DNA of 64,000 nucleotides from assembly GCA_002269645.1 (NCBI GenBank), contig NIVC01003960.1, forward strand, positions 3,502 to 67,501. The letters run 5' to 3'. Position numbers and translations under genes: made by a program. Positions 38,448 through 51,400 of this stretch are shown here, one piece after another. The notes beneath the pieces are model-generated. The model saw only the letters and a program-made list of their open reading frames with translations, was not told where the DNA came from and searched no databases. The stretch comes from Macrostomum lignano (Eukaryota). The first letter of the stretch is position 1, and the number at the start of each line of letters is the position of its first letter.

Positions 38448-39706
38448 ACTGTGACATTTCAAGTGTTCGATAGTAACCGTTTTTGTTGATACTGATTGAT
38501 TCTTCAACATAGTTCAAATCATACTTCATAATCCATAGACTAAAAATGTTTGACGTTCTACAGTCACCAATGGTAATCTCTTAGGAAAGAAGACTAGCAA
38601 TCTAGTGCCCCATTCGGGCGCGCATGAGCAAGGAGCAAAAATCTATACCTATAAAATCAAACTTTATTCATAAGAAAACAATTATAAAAGCACATTTTCT
38701 TGAGAACCAATTCCTATATAGTTTTATAAATAAACTTGCTCGAGTAAAACTGTCACGGGCAAAGATGTTTGCCAGGAATCTCTTTTTTCTAAAATTAACA
38801 AAAACGCAACAGAATATAGCATTCACATAGATAACAGACATAATAAAGAGAAAACATCCTCAAGACAGCAAGCATCCCCCCAGATAGCAAGCATCCTTAG
38901 AGTAATCTCTTAGGAAAAAAGATGTTTTAAAGCAAAAATCGTACCCCGTGAGCTTTAGCATCAAAGCATCTGAGCAGCCCCCCATGAGCCTTGACAATGT
39001 TTTAATTTATGCACAAAAAATCGTCTATTTAGCGATAAATAAATTCTATATTAGTTTTATTTATAAGTGCCACCATTTCAGTTTTAAGCTATTATAAGTA
39101 GGTACTAATGCGTTTTTTAACTCATCTGACGCATAGCTTACATGTACTCAAACATGCGTAATCTTAATGTAGATAATAATAAAATTTATAATTAATCCTG
39201 TTTTATGATTTTTCATATTGCTGGTTTATTTCTCCTACGATTTGAATCTTTTTTTCACATGTGTTTTTGCTTTAACAGTTTATGGATAGCAATACAAGTA
39301 GTATATACCCTGTTTTGTTCTATTTTTTGGTATTTCAACAGCCACTCGATGATCTGTTATTGTGTAATATATTTTATTTTACAAGCATGTTACTAGTAGA
39401 TTCTAATTGAAAAATATTGTTGTATTTGAATTGTCATCTAATAAATAGTTGTAATTTCATTTGTGCTTAATAAATTTTTCTATTATTGTTGTTTCATCCA
39501 TGTTGTCTTGTATGGATTCAATTTGATTCGATGGTAGTTTATGTAGGAATGTCTTGCTATTTTAAAAAATGATCTAGTATTTATAGTTCTGAAAGGTACT
39601 AAAAAGGTCAAACCACTTGGTTCTGTGTGTACGGGAGACAAAACTTTAAAGAAATCACAGACTATTTTGAGAAAACTTAGATAAGTTCGTATCTATAGAA
39701 GTGTAA

Positions 39707-39997
39707 TATAGTATAATGATGGACAGATGTGCAACCGACAGCTCAGCCGCAGCTATTGCGCGGCGCATCTGAAGGCTGCGTATGGCTGTTCAGTCCAAGG
39801 ACTGGGGGGGAGGTCGCCACACACAGCCTCAATTACCCCAGCTAATGCTGGCGCCCATTTTACAGCTGGGTGAAGTGAAGCAATGCAGAGTTAAGTGTCT
39901 TGCTCATGGACACAACTTGTTGCAGTGGGATCGGGAATCGAACCCCGACGTTATAGTCGTGAGTCCGAAGCTCTAACGACTAGGCTACAACCCCTCT
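39707..39997 (-). mobile_element. tRNA-derived CORE-like SINE, copy 2, with an 11-bp TSD
   Basis: Reverse-complement homolog of 27880-28160, flanked by tagaagtgtaa at 39696-39706 and 39998-40008. Confidence 0.88.
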
Positions 39998-42900
39998 TAG
40001 AAGTGTAAAACTAGTGTAAAAGAGTTATTACGAGTATTTTTTAATTTAATATATCTTGAGACTCGATAAATCGTATTAATCTACTGTGTTTAAGTAATCT
40101 GTTTCGATTTTGGAAATTATTTCTTTTTCGAATCCATTTAATTAATTACAAAGCTTATCGGATTCAGGGATTATCGCTACGGGATTTACGGCGGATAATT
40201 TGTAAAATTGAATTTGTTTGCATAAATTTGATGAAAAGTGGCACAAGGAATTTACATAGTGGCTCTCGAGCCACGCGTCACGACCTCTGGTTGGGTCCAA
40301 TTCCGTGAGCCTCCACAATCATTGAGGGCTTGTGTGTACCCGAAAAATCAAGAGAGCCAGAAAGTGTACATGTCTGACGATTAGACAGGCAGGGCCGCTG
40401 TACACCCTCTGTGAGTGTACAACCCTAACCCTAACCGTGCGTACAGTATTGGGCGCTTGTATGTGCAAAGGAGTCAGCGGAATGTTGATTAGTGATAAAT
40501 CCAGCAGATATTTCTCCAGAAAGTTCAAAATCGATTCACCTAATCTGTTTTTATTATATAGGATTCTTATTAACAAATTTAAGCTAAAATTTTTAGTATA
40601 ATGGATGTACAACTATTTAGAACGAACGTTTTGCAATATCGACCCTTATGTAGCCATAAAGACTATCGTAATACGGATGCTGAACGTCGTGCATGCAGCA
40701 AAAACTGCTCTAAGGATGAACTTCCGGTTTTCTGTCGACTTGGCTCGCCGAATCAACAAGTGTGTGTTTGCCCATGCAGACAGCAGTATGGCGTTCTGTC
40801 AGCCTGTTACATAGCCACGAGCTCTGAATAATAAGTGAAATTGATCGCTCCCTTCCGTTGTGTCCCCACAGTTTTTTTTCTGTTTTAGTTCTACTCCCAG
40901 CTGAGCTAAGCTTGAGCTGCTGGTGAGTGTGTGTCTCTGTGTTTTACAGATGCCTGCATGACCCGCGATACTGCAACTGAGTCCGTCACTAACACAGTTG
41001 TAACTATTTTAATTTGTCAAAGGAGTTCCCGGCTTATCAGCGGCGGGGGGGGGACAACACGTGCAGTGCGACGCCATTAGAATTTTCAATGAGCGAAGCG
41101 ACTGCTCGGGAGTTCTCCGACGAGTTTGTTTCTCGGACAAGAATTCCTTTGAGACTTCTATTTCAGCCCTAGTGACGCCTTTGTAAAGCCATGTGCAAAG
41201 CTTTGCTTGCATACACTTATGCTGCTGTAAGTCCTGCATCCAATTTGCGATCCAATGAACGATCTATACAGAAGCATGAGAGCTCTTCAGCTTCTCATAT
41301 ATAGTTCAGAATGCAAATTTTGCTCCTGTCAGCGGCAAGAAAAATGAAAATCTGATTGTAAGATGCCACGAATAAATCTTAATGGATTGCTTTTGCCTGT
41401 TGCCGATCGCTATATTAGTTTAGTGAACATATAAACATGTTGCAACGGGAATAGTTCCACAATTTACAGTATATGTCGTATTACACCGTTGGATCAACAG
41501 GCGTCTTCTTTGACAGTATACTCGTACAATTGAGATTGTATTTTATTACTCGAGTAGAAGGATTGGAAACTACATACGTTTCTTGAAAAAATTTGGAAGT
41601 CAGGTTTTATCGAAATTACACTAGAGAGAATTTAGTTCTTCCTTATTTCAGCAAAATATTGTAATTTCTTTTGATAGCGGGCAGACCCAATAATCATATT
41701 TTGATATGACTTGTCTTTCTTGTGGCTATGATATTTGTAGAGCTCTTTGTTTAGAATGAAAAGGCTTTATTTTTCCAGAATGCTTAAACTAAATGTTGCC
41801 TAGAATCAGTTTTGTTACATATCAGTAATTTTTAGGCACAGGAAATGTACTCGTACGTAGAAGATAAGATTTACATTAGAACCCCAATTTTCTAAACAAA
41901 AAGCTAGTCTGCGAGTATCAATTATACAACTATAAGATAGGCAAGTCATATAAAAATATGAAAATTATGGGCCTGCCTGCTATCAAAAGCAATTTCAACT
42001 TTTTTGTGCTGAAATCGGCCTGCTCGCCATCAACCACGAGGCCAATTTTTTTGGTTTGATTGCGCAACTTATAGTTATTTTTTCGTCGCTTTGTACACAT
42101 CAGTCAGGAGTACGAGATTTTCCCGCAGGGCAAAGCTCGCTGTGTGACAATCTCATAGACCCCATCAACCATTATCCGATTTAATGGCTCATCATTTGAT
42201 AATAGCTCTTTTTCTGACCTTTTTTCTGATCCTTTTCAAGCTGCGAGTGCATATCCGTCGCCCCTCGCGCTAGCACCCAATCGTATAGTGGCGCTCTTGG
42301 CTTAATCTGTCCCTCCCCCACCGAAATGGGGCATGCAGATGCAACCCACCCCGCTGACTTAAAGGGTCGATTCACGTTGTCTGTCATCCATCAGTCTGCC
42401 ATCAGTTATTGTTTGTTTGTCCTACCTTATTTTGAGCAAGTACCTTCCCTTTCAAGGTACTTTCTCCTTTTTAATTTGTAATGTCTGTGATATAGATTTG
42501 ATATAGAGGGAAGCGATTGGAGGTCCATACGACGTACCTAGGAAGAGCCCACACAGGGCTCATGGTGCCTTCTCATTGGCTGGAAGAGCAGCATGCCACT
42601 ACGCCCCCAATCCCCATAGCAGCTCCACTCACCCAAGGTACTATGCACTGAGTCGGGATGGGGGGGGTTTCGTTGTTCTTGTTTCCAACCAGCCCCCCCC
42701 CCCCGCCGTCCCTGCGCCACCCCACCATCCGTGTTCATACTCCTCAATCGCGCTCAATGGGAGACGGGGAGACTTGGGTGGCAACGGCACCACCCCCAAC
42801 ACTCTCCCACTCCATGGGCCATAAATAGCCTTGACAGGACTTGCTGGGGTCTGTTGATGGCGCTCGTTCGCAATACGGCCTGGCCTGTGTCATACGGTGA

Positions 42901-43699
42901 GCGCCTGCGCTCCCAGACTCCTCTGTTCTTTAACTGAGCTAGACAGTTTCAAAATACGTCAACAGTTGATAGAGGAACCAACCAAGGAACCGTTGAGGTG
43001 AGACAATTACTTAACCGTGTCTTACTAAATTTTTTCATCATTAAAGAATCAGCATGCAGCTTCTCGACTTTTCTCTTCCCCTGTCCGCTTCGCAGAGTTG
43101 CCGATGCTTGTCAATCAATTCTGAAATTGCTGTTCCGCCCGCTAATTAGGGAAACCGGGGTAGTTAGCGGCTGGTAGGTAGGGGACTCCTGAGTGCGACC
43201 GTTTTTTGCTGCAGTTCAACGGTTTCATAATTGCCTGCCGAAAAAATTGTTGTGCTCAAATATGATGAGGTGTGCTTGAGTAAAAACGAACACATTACGA
43301 AGCACAACAAAAAAGATTCTAATTAGAAATTTGCTGGATTATTTCGATCTGATTGTATAGGCAGGAGGAGGCTTAACGGGATTTGGAAGCACCTGCAGAC
43401 AGAATCCACTGCCCATAGGAATCCATTGTAAAATTATTGTAGACATATCTTTAAATTGTAAGGTTGAGTCCTTCGAGCTCTTCTTATCTAGAAAAGAATT
43501 TCCAGAAACGATCCAATACCGAAGTGAATTACTAAATAATTCAAACTGTTCTAATGAACATATTTGCTTACAGCTCTTTCTGTTTGTCTTCTGTCTGTTT
43601 TAAAAGCTTTTTAGTGTCAATTTTCTGGTAACCCATGCAGCCCGCGGGGGTTGAACATCAACAGCATTATTGTTAGTACATTTGGATTAGACTATGGCA

Positions 43700-44075
43700 T
43701 CTAGCAGAATGCTCAGCAAGGGGATGTGCTGCTTAAGCTCCTCAGGGGGCTTACAGTGAATATTATATCAGCTTGGGAGTTCTAATAGCTTACAGGACTG
43801 TCTGCTTCTGATAGAGGCTGTTTTGTCGGGCTGAGGTGGAAGGACATGGTGAGGCTGGAGTGGGTTGGATGCTTAGGATTGGGGTTTTTTGGTTGAGTAA
43901 ATAGTGCTGGCACCAGCTATCCTCAGTTTCAGGCGTGCCACTGTAACTGCCTGCTGATATTGTCAGCGCTTTGCAAAAGAGACGAAAATGATGTGGAGGC
44001 AGTGAGGAGACTGAGGGAAATAGAATAGTTAGACACCAGTTGCACTCAACCATGCAGCCTGTAATTGCTAATTGG
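43700..44075 (-). mobile_element. Possible highly degenerate RTE-like non-LTR fragment
   Basis: Minus-strand peptides ECNWCLT, RLFCKALTIS and VARLKLRIAG loosely resemble the post-RT region of RTE elements. Weak, judged by eye. Confidence 0.3.
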
Positions 44076-44190
44076 ATATTATTTAAGAAAATTAATTTTG
44101 TTTATTATTGAAAATATTAATATTGCCTTTGTGAGTTTAAGCTTCTCTTTTAGACCGCTACAGGTATTAAAATGTAAATGGTTCTGTCAG

Positions 44191-45197
44191 TAGATAGATA
44201 GAGCTGCCAGTGGATAGATAGAGCTGCCAGTGGATAGATAGAGCTGCCAGTGGATAGATAGAGCTGCCAGTGGATAGATAGAGCTGCCAGTGGATAGATA
44301 GAGCTGCCAGTGGATAGATAGAGCTGCCAGTGGATAGATAGAGCTGCCAGTGGATAGATAGAGCTGCCAGTGGATAGATAGAGCTGCCAGTGGATAGATA
44401 GAGCTGCCAGTGGATAGATAGAGCTGCCAGTGGATAGATAGAGCTGCCAGTGGATAGATAGAGCTGCCAGTGGATAGATAGAGCTGCCAGTGGATAGATA
44501 GAGCTGCCAGTGGATAGATAGAGCTGCCAGTGGATAGATAGAGCTGCCAGTGGATAGATAGAGCTGCCAGTGGATAGATAGAGCTGCCAGTGGATAGATA
44601 GAGCTGCCAGTGGATAGATAGAGCTGCCAGTGGATAGATAGAGCTGCCAGTGGATAGATAGAGCTGCCAGTGGATAGATAGAGCTGCCAGTGGATAGATA
44701 GAGCTGCCAGTGGATAGATAGAGCTGCCAGTGGATAGATAGAGCTGCCAGTGGATAGATAGAGCTGCCAGTGGATAGATAGAGCTGCCGGTGGATAGATA
44801 GAGCTGCCAGTGGATAGATAGAGCTGCCAGTGGATAGATAGAGCTGCCAGTGGATAGATAGAGCTGCCAGTGGATAGATAGAGCTGCCGGTAGATAGATA
44901 GAGCTGCCAGTGGATAGATAGAGCTGCCGGTGGATAGATAGAGCTGCCAGTGGATAGATAGAGCTGCCGGTGGATAGATAGAGCTGCCAGTGGATAGATA
45001 GAGCTGCCGGTGGATAGATAGAGCTGCCGGTAGATAGATAGAGCTGCCAGTGGATAGATAGAGCTGCCAGTGGATAGATAGAGCTGCCAGTGGATAGATA
45101 GAGCTGCCAGTGGATAGATAGAGCTGCCAGTGGATAGATAGAGCTGCCAGTGGATAGATAGAGCTGCCAGTGGATAGATAGAGCTGCCAGTGGATAG
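44191..45197. repeat. 20-bp minisatellite x50, highly homogeneous
   Basis: gagctgccagtggatagata; the first 29 units (44201-44780) are identical. Confidence 0.98.
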
Positions 45198-45497
45198 GTG
45201 GAGTCAAGTCGCCTTTCGTTGTCTCATCCTCTGAATTTAAATTAATTGTCTCGGCAAGTCGCATTTCTAATTTCAATTCTGCTGCACCTCTTCCGTACTG
45301 TTTACGTTTATTGTTCATCACCTGCGCACTTTGGAATTATTTTTAGCAACCCCAGACATAAGCGCAGCTCTTCCCAACAACGAAACGTTCGCATCGTTCC
45401 CTCGGCTCAAAGTGGCAGATGTGACTAATACAAGATTTCACTTTCACTTGAGTAGTTGCCATTTCTCCTCCGCTTCATTTCAGGGTGAAACGGCTGT

Positions 45498-48400
45498 ATG
45501 GCTCTTATACTCAACGTGAGACTGCTTGAGGGCCTCGATGGCAAAGGCGAGAGGCTGTTGAAGGCAACATTTCGCGGTGAGTTTTGGTGCGACTCCTGCA
45601 CTTTCATACCCCCTTCCACTCAGGTGGAGGAATGTCAATAGCTCCCTCAAAGCTTCTCTTTCTCGTTGAACTCTTAAAAACACTAAGAGACGTCCGCGTC
45701 ACCGCTTAATTGGAATTGAGAAACGAATGTGCTGCCATCAGAATGACCATGCAGTAGCACTCGACTGGAAACTGCCAATCCAATCCTGTTTGAGATGGGC
45801 TCAGTTTTCCCGCTTCCCATTTCTCAGGCTAGATTTAGGATTCTAATAAAAAACTAGAAGTGTTTAGGAGCTTTACTTTGGAGCTTTACATCCGCTCAAG
45901 CCCCATGGCTCCCAGTTAAGCCTCATGACACCCTGTTAGGACCCCCTGACAACTGACTAGGTCACCCTGACAACTGATTAGGTCACCCTGACAACTGACT
46001 AGGTCACCCTGACAACTGACTAGGTCACCCTGACAACTGATTAGGTCACTCTGACAACTGATTAGGTCACTCTGGCAACTGAATAGGTCACTCTGGCAAC
46101 TGATTAGGTCACCCTGACAACTGAATAGGTCACTCTGGCAACTGATTAGGTCACTCTGGCAACTGATTAACTAGGTCACTTTGACAAAGGCGGTTCCTAC
46201 AGGGCGCAGGATGTAAATCAACCAAGAGCTCCATCAGCTTCTGACCTTGGGCTCTAGAGGTTAATTAGAGTTTAGCAAAGGCTGACTAATTTACTCCAAT
46301 GAAGCACTGCCAGTGAGCCGCAAATCTAGAACCAGAAAGTCCAGGAACAACATATTAAGTACAAACTAAAGTAGTGCCTGTTTGTTCTCCTCCTTGCACT
46401 CTGCCCACATCTACCCAGATCCGTCGATCCGCATACGGAATGCATTTATTGCCCTCTCAGAGTTCTGAGTCCCCCTACCCGCATAGGCCGAGAAGCATCT
46501 CGGGCACAGTTTCCCACTACTAAATCCTGGATCTGCGAGTAAATAATGCAGAGTTTGAGCCCACGCTAAGCAATCGCCCGCTTCGTTGAGATTTAACGCG
46601 CTAGCAAATCCAGTCGGATTGAGCAGCGGGCGAGAGACTCAAGCTGCGAGTAGATTCTTTAGAAGAAAGTGATATCCAAATTTGGTCTATGAGCTAGAAA
46701 TAAAGAGCGGGTAATGTTTCTTGAGAAAAAAGCAGATGAAAGAAAAATACTGTGTTCCGATTCCACTGCTGGCACAGTTCTGAAAGAGAAAATCTTTGTT
46801 AAGCTAGAGAATAATGCAGTCCAATAAGATGATTTTTTTCTAAAATTTTATTTAGTATACAGCTCTATAGTCTGCAGCCACTCTACTAGACTTTTTCTAT
46901 AAGTCCCTCTTCAAAGAGTCGTTTCCTTGACATTCAGTACTCTTTTTGTGTGTGTGCCATCGAAACCTACGCCCCATCGTCCCAATATTCAAATATCAAG
47001 TGCGCCCAGTCACGGAAGCAAACTCTAATAAGATGAAAGATATTTAGGGACAGGCATACGAGTACATCATCTCTTTGGCGCATTCGATGTTTGAGATCAT
47101 CTGTCAGAAATGCGCGCATCTAGTCGTGAGCTGTGCGCGTCATGTTAGTCTTCTCCATGACACTGTTTGCTTACTGGGGGACAGTGTCTCTTGGGAGTTG
47201 GTCAAAAAGATGCGAGGCCTAGAGGAGTCTGATGAGGCCGGGTCTGTTGGGAAGGGAGATTCTGCCTGGCTAATGGGGATGCACAGCGGCTGAGTTGTGC
47301 TGGCTGCGGGAGATCAGAGGGGTTGAGGCGCTGCCAACGCAGCAGCAAACTCCCAGTTGCGTTTCTAGCCAGAGTGAAGACGAGAGGAAGAGGGGCACTT
47401 GGAAGGAGAGAGAGGCTGGAGGGTAGAGGCCAAGGGTGCAAAGAGAAGAACTTAATGGAAGCTTAATGAATGGATGCAGTTTAAGAGTTATAATAGGCTA
47501 GCAGCAAACAGGTGTAACGTTAAGGGGCATCGAAATGTGGGGCAGGCAGGAAGTTCCCTTGCTCTCTCTCCGTACGAAAGAGATTTAAGGTCATGTTTCC
47601 TTACTCTTATGAGCACCAATAGGGAATCAATATTCAATATTCGGCTGTCTTATCAACCGGCGGGAGTAACTAAGATCGGGTTTCGGTACTTCAGCTTCTC
47701 AGCCGCTGTTAATAAGCAAAGCAGGGTGTTTTTTCGAGTATTAGCACTCGAGCAGTACCGTTCTGTAATCCTGGTGATACTGCAGTCAAAACTCGTATCT
47801 CGCCCTTTTATAATCAGAGCAATGATCCCATATCTTTTCGCCACCCTTTCGTCAGCATTGCAACCAGACGCTTTATTTTGGCCACGGGTGAAATTCTATC
47901 GCACATAGTTTAGGATTGCAATATCAGCGATATAAATTATCGATCGTGGCTGGAGCGCGTTGCATTCTAGGGGGTGGGTGAGTATCAACAACCGCAACTA
48001 GCCCTGCCAGCGTCCTTACCTCCCCTGTCAAAGCTTCGCGATCAGCTCCCGCCTGGAGGTCCGCTGCCTGCTCATCGCGACAAAAGCCCTGTCTAGCTCC
48101 CATTGGTTTATGTGTTAGGAAAAATGCTTTAATTTCTACCATTTTCTGCATATATCATCGTTTTTTTCTCTATCAATGAATCGGCTATTGCTATTCCACA
48201 ACCCCAGTGGCCGCACCCGTGCGTGAGCGGGGGGGGACTGACGAGCAGGGGTGAGAGGCAATCTAGAATCGACATGAATTGGAGACTGAGGGCTTGCTGG
48301 ATTCATCTCTCAACCCCCTCTTCCTTGCCTAATTCATGGCAGAGGGTCGTCCCCCGGCGCCCAGCATCCACGCTCTGCCAGACCAAACCCACCAAAACCA

Positions 48401-51400
48401 TCTCGCTAATGGGATAACAAATTTGCCACTGAGTAATTAACTGTCCACTCCCTCTGCTCCATCCCAACTAAACTACGCTTTAGTGGCAGGGTCAGAGGCA
48501 GAGCTAAGATACAGTATAGGAAATCGGTTCCATATAAAAATACTTTGACAGCCGACTAGCTAAACTTGCAACATCCGGGAAGCTTTGATCTGGTGTAATT
48601 TTCCGCGAAAATACGAGTCTTTGATGTCACTGCCTCGAGAATATTAACCCACTGGCATATCGACGAATCCAATTCCAATACCCGTGTATTCCACATCTTC
48701 ATAAACCGATAAGCTGTATTAGCTACTAAAAGTTGCTCATTGAATCGACAAAAACGAACAAGTTTTACGCTGCTACCACAGGGTCTCCCTAAAACACGCC
48801 CCGCACCGCCCCGAACCGCTACACATTATAACAATTTGGACTATAACTAAGGCATTTTCAAAGTGTGTTTTCTGTTAAGCTTCAAACTTTTATTAAATTT
48901 AGTTTTCTCACTTTTAAATATGAAATTCGGAGAATAATAGGTGATATTAATAATAATAATATTAAAATATGAATAATATACTTAATAACAAAAAAGAAGA
49001 ATATTAAAAATAATAATATTATTAGTAATAATAATTGAAGTTATTTATTCCATGACTCTTATAACAAATAGTTTTCTCTGCAATTAAATACTGCATTGAC
49101 AAAAATGTTATAATGTGTAGCGGTTCGGGGCGGTGCGGGGCGTGTTTTAGGGAGACCCGCTACCACAGCCTACGAACGTTGTCTGTTTAAAAAACGTTTA
49201 TGAAAGAAAGTGCAGCATCAACTCACAGAAACGCTTGCTGCTGCTTTCGGAGTTGGCGCAATCGGAGCAGTTGAGATTATTAGTCAAGTTTTCGCGAAAT
49301 CGCACCCTCTGGTCCATGTCCGACAGGCACGCGAAAATAACAACGGAAGAAGGCCGCTGTTTAGAGATAATGAGGGCAGAGCAGCAGTGAGCAGTTAGAA
49401 GCCGAAGCGTTGAAATTGCTGTCCCTCCCAATGGGACATAAAAGCGTTTGATGCCACTCTGTGAGGGAGCAAAATTATAGGAGCAGCACACAGCCACGCA
49501 TTTCCAACTCTAAAATGCTCTGTGCGACACAGTCCTCGGCGTTCCAGCTTTTAACTGAAATAGTCGAACTGAAAAACAAATAATTACACCCTCGACCAGC
49601 ATTGAACCTCATCTGGGACCAATGCATTTTGCAGTTTGACTGCAGAGCAGCTCAGTATCAGAATGTCAGCGCCACGATCCCCCGTTGAGGTTGTCCACGA
49701 ATAGTTGACCGGAGGGAGGGGTTGTGTTGCGATTCGCACCCATGAGGGCCAACCCCCAAGCCACAGAGGGTGTACATGCCTGACGATTAGAAAGTCAGGG
49801 AGGGAGGGGTTGTGTTGCGATTCACACCCATGAGGGCCAACCCCCAAGCCACAGAGAGTGTACATGTCTGACGATTAGAAAGTCAGGGAGGGAGGGGTTG
49901 TGTTGCGATTCACACCCATGAGGGCCAACCCCCAAGCCACAGAGAGTGTACATGTCTGACGATTAGAAAGCCAGGGAGGGAGGGGTTGTGTTGCGATTCG
50001 CACCCATGAGGGCCAACCCCCAAGCCACAGAGAGTGTACATGTCTGACGATTAGAAAGCCAGGGCCGCTGTACACTCTGTGTGAGCGTGTGTATGAGCGC
50101 GTGCTTGCGTACAGTTTACAGTGTGTACAGTATGTGTTCAGGAGTCAACGGAACGGGGATTGCCTCCGCACTGTTTGTGGTGCCAAAGGCGTTGCGTTGG
50201 TTAAGGTGTCTACAATCCCATCGCAAATATCTATCTCCGTTGCAGATAATGTGCAAACCTCCAACGCTGCTTCCGGCCGAGACTCTGTCTATTTTGGCCA
50301 ACAATTTAAATGGCCCGTGGGCCGACGCATCGAGATCACGGATGTGCTGGAGATTCGAGTCTACAATTTCTCGAAATATCTTGCCAACAAGTGAGAAAAT
50401 TTAGTTGAGACAGGCATTTGAAAAAGCCCAGACCCCAACAGTCGAATTTGGGAATTTGTTTTAAGGGTTGGAGACGCTTTGTGTACTTTCTCTAAGCGTA
50501 TCTAAGTGTACTTTGCAATCCAATATACTAAAAACTCTCGCCCTCGCCTCGTCCTATTTCCTAGAATGATCGGCTCGCTGACCATCAGCCTACAGCAGTT
50601 GGTGCACGAGAGCAGCCTGAAACTGCGCGAACAGCTCATCGATGCTAATCACTCCACTATGCGGGTAAGAGAGCTAAATTGCTCAAGTGGCGTGTTGGAA
50701 TTCTTCCAGCTTACAGTGCACACAACGCAAATGATGCATGAACGGTTACAGAGTGCTCCTCCCCAGATAGAGGGCTCCGGCTGCGAATAAAGAAATGCAC
50801 ACTGGCTGAAACTGCATACTGGTCTTGTCATCCTATCTCTTTCTTTTCCAATCTTCTCTGCCCTCGCTTCCTCCTTTCTTCATTCTTTTCCAATTCCTGT
50901 TCGGTCCGTCTGGAAATTCTCCCGGCGCCGTCGCTCTCCCAGCCTGAGGGGCGAGCAGGGAAAAATCTGGGGGAAGCTGGGGCCGCGTCCCGGCGCCGGA
51001 GGAAAGCTCTCGGGAAATGAGAGCCACTTCCCTTTCGTCTGCTGGTTGCCCCTCCCCCTCTTTACTTTCTCTCCCCATTTTTTATCCATGCTCGGCTCGG
51101 CTCCCATCGCTTGAAAGCTCTAAATGTCTCTGCCAGCCCGCTCTTCGCTGTCTTCTTATCATTCTTCTTCTTTTAGTTTTCTGCCGCGGGTAGAAAACAA
51201 GAGAGAAATATATTCAGAAGCCAAATGAATTCTTTTCTGAGCGCCAGGAAGACAAATCAGTCTGTAATTTTTAACCCCTCCCGGCAGTCTCACCCTGGAA
51301 GACATTCTCCTAATCTCAGGAGGCTCCTTGACAGCATTTAGTCCGCTTGTTGCTTTCTCTCCGTTTAATATATGCTCTTTCAAAAGGCTTGCAGCCTTGA

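Noticed and set aside
27256-38510. Antisense ORFs over the zinc-finger exons
   Set aside because: Expected shadow frames of GC-rich repetitive coding sequence.
40601-40831. Short Cys-rich ORF and overlapping 69-aa ORF
   Set aside because: No recognisable family, no signal peptide and no paralog in the window.
44167-45321. 384-aa minus-strand ORF, and similar ORFs at 1.2, 7.5, 12.2, 15-18, 19-20, 33.3 and 59-61 kb
   Set aside because: They are translations of stop-free micro- or minisatellites, with peptide periodicity set by the DNA unit.
50026-50083. Hammerhead ribozyme (CTGACGA...GAAA inside a long stem)
   Set aside because: Only 3 nt separate CUGANGA and GAAA (no stem II), there is no UH cleavage site, and stem I does not abut the core.
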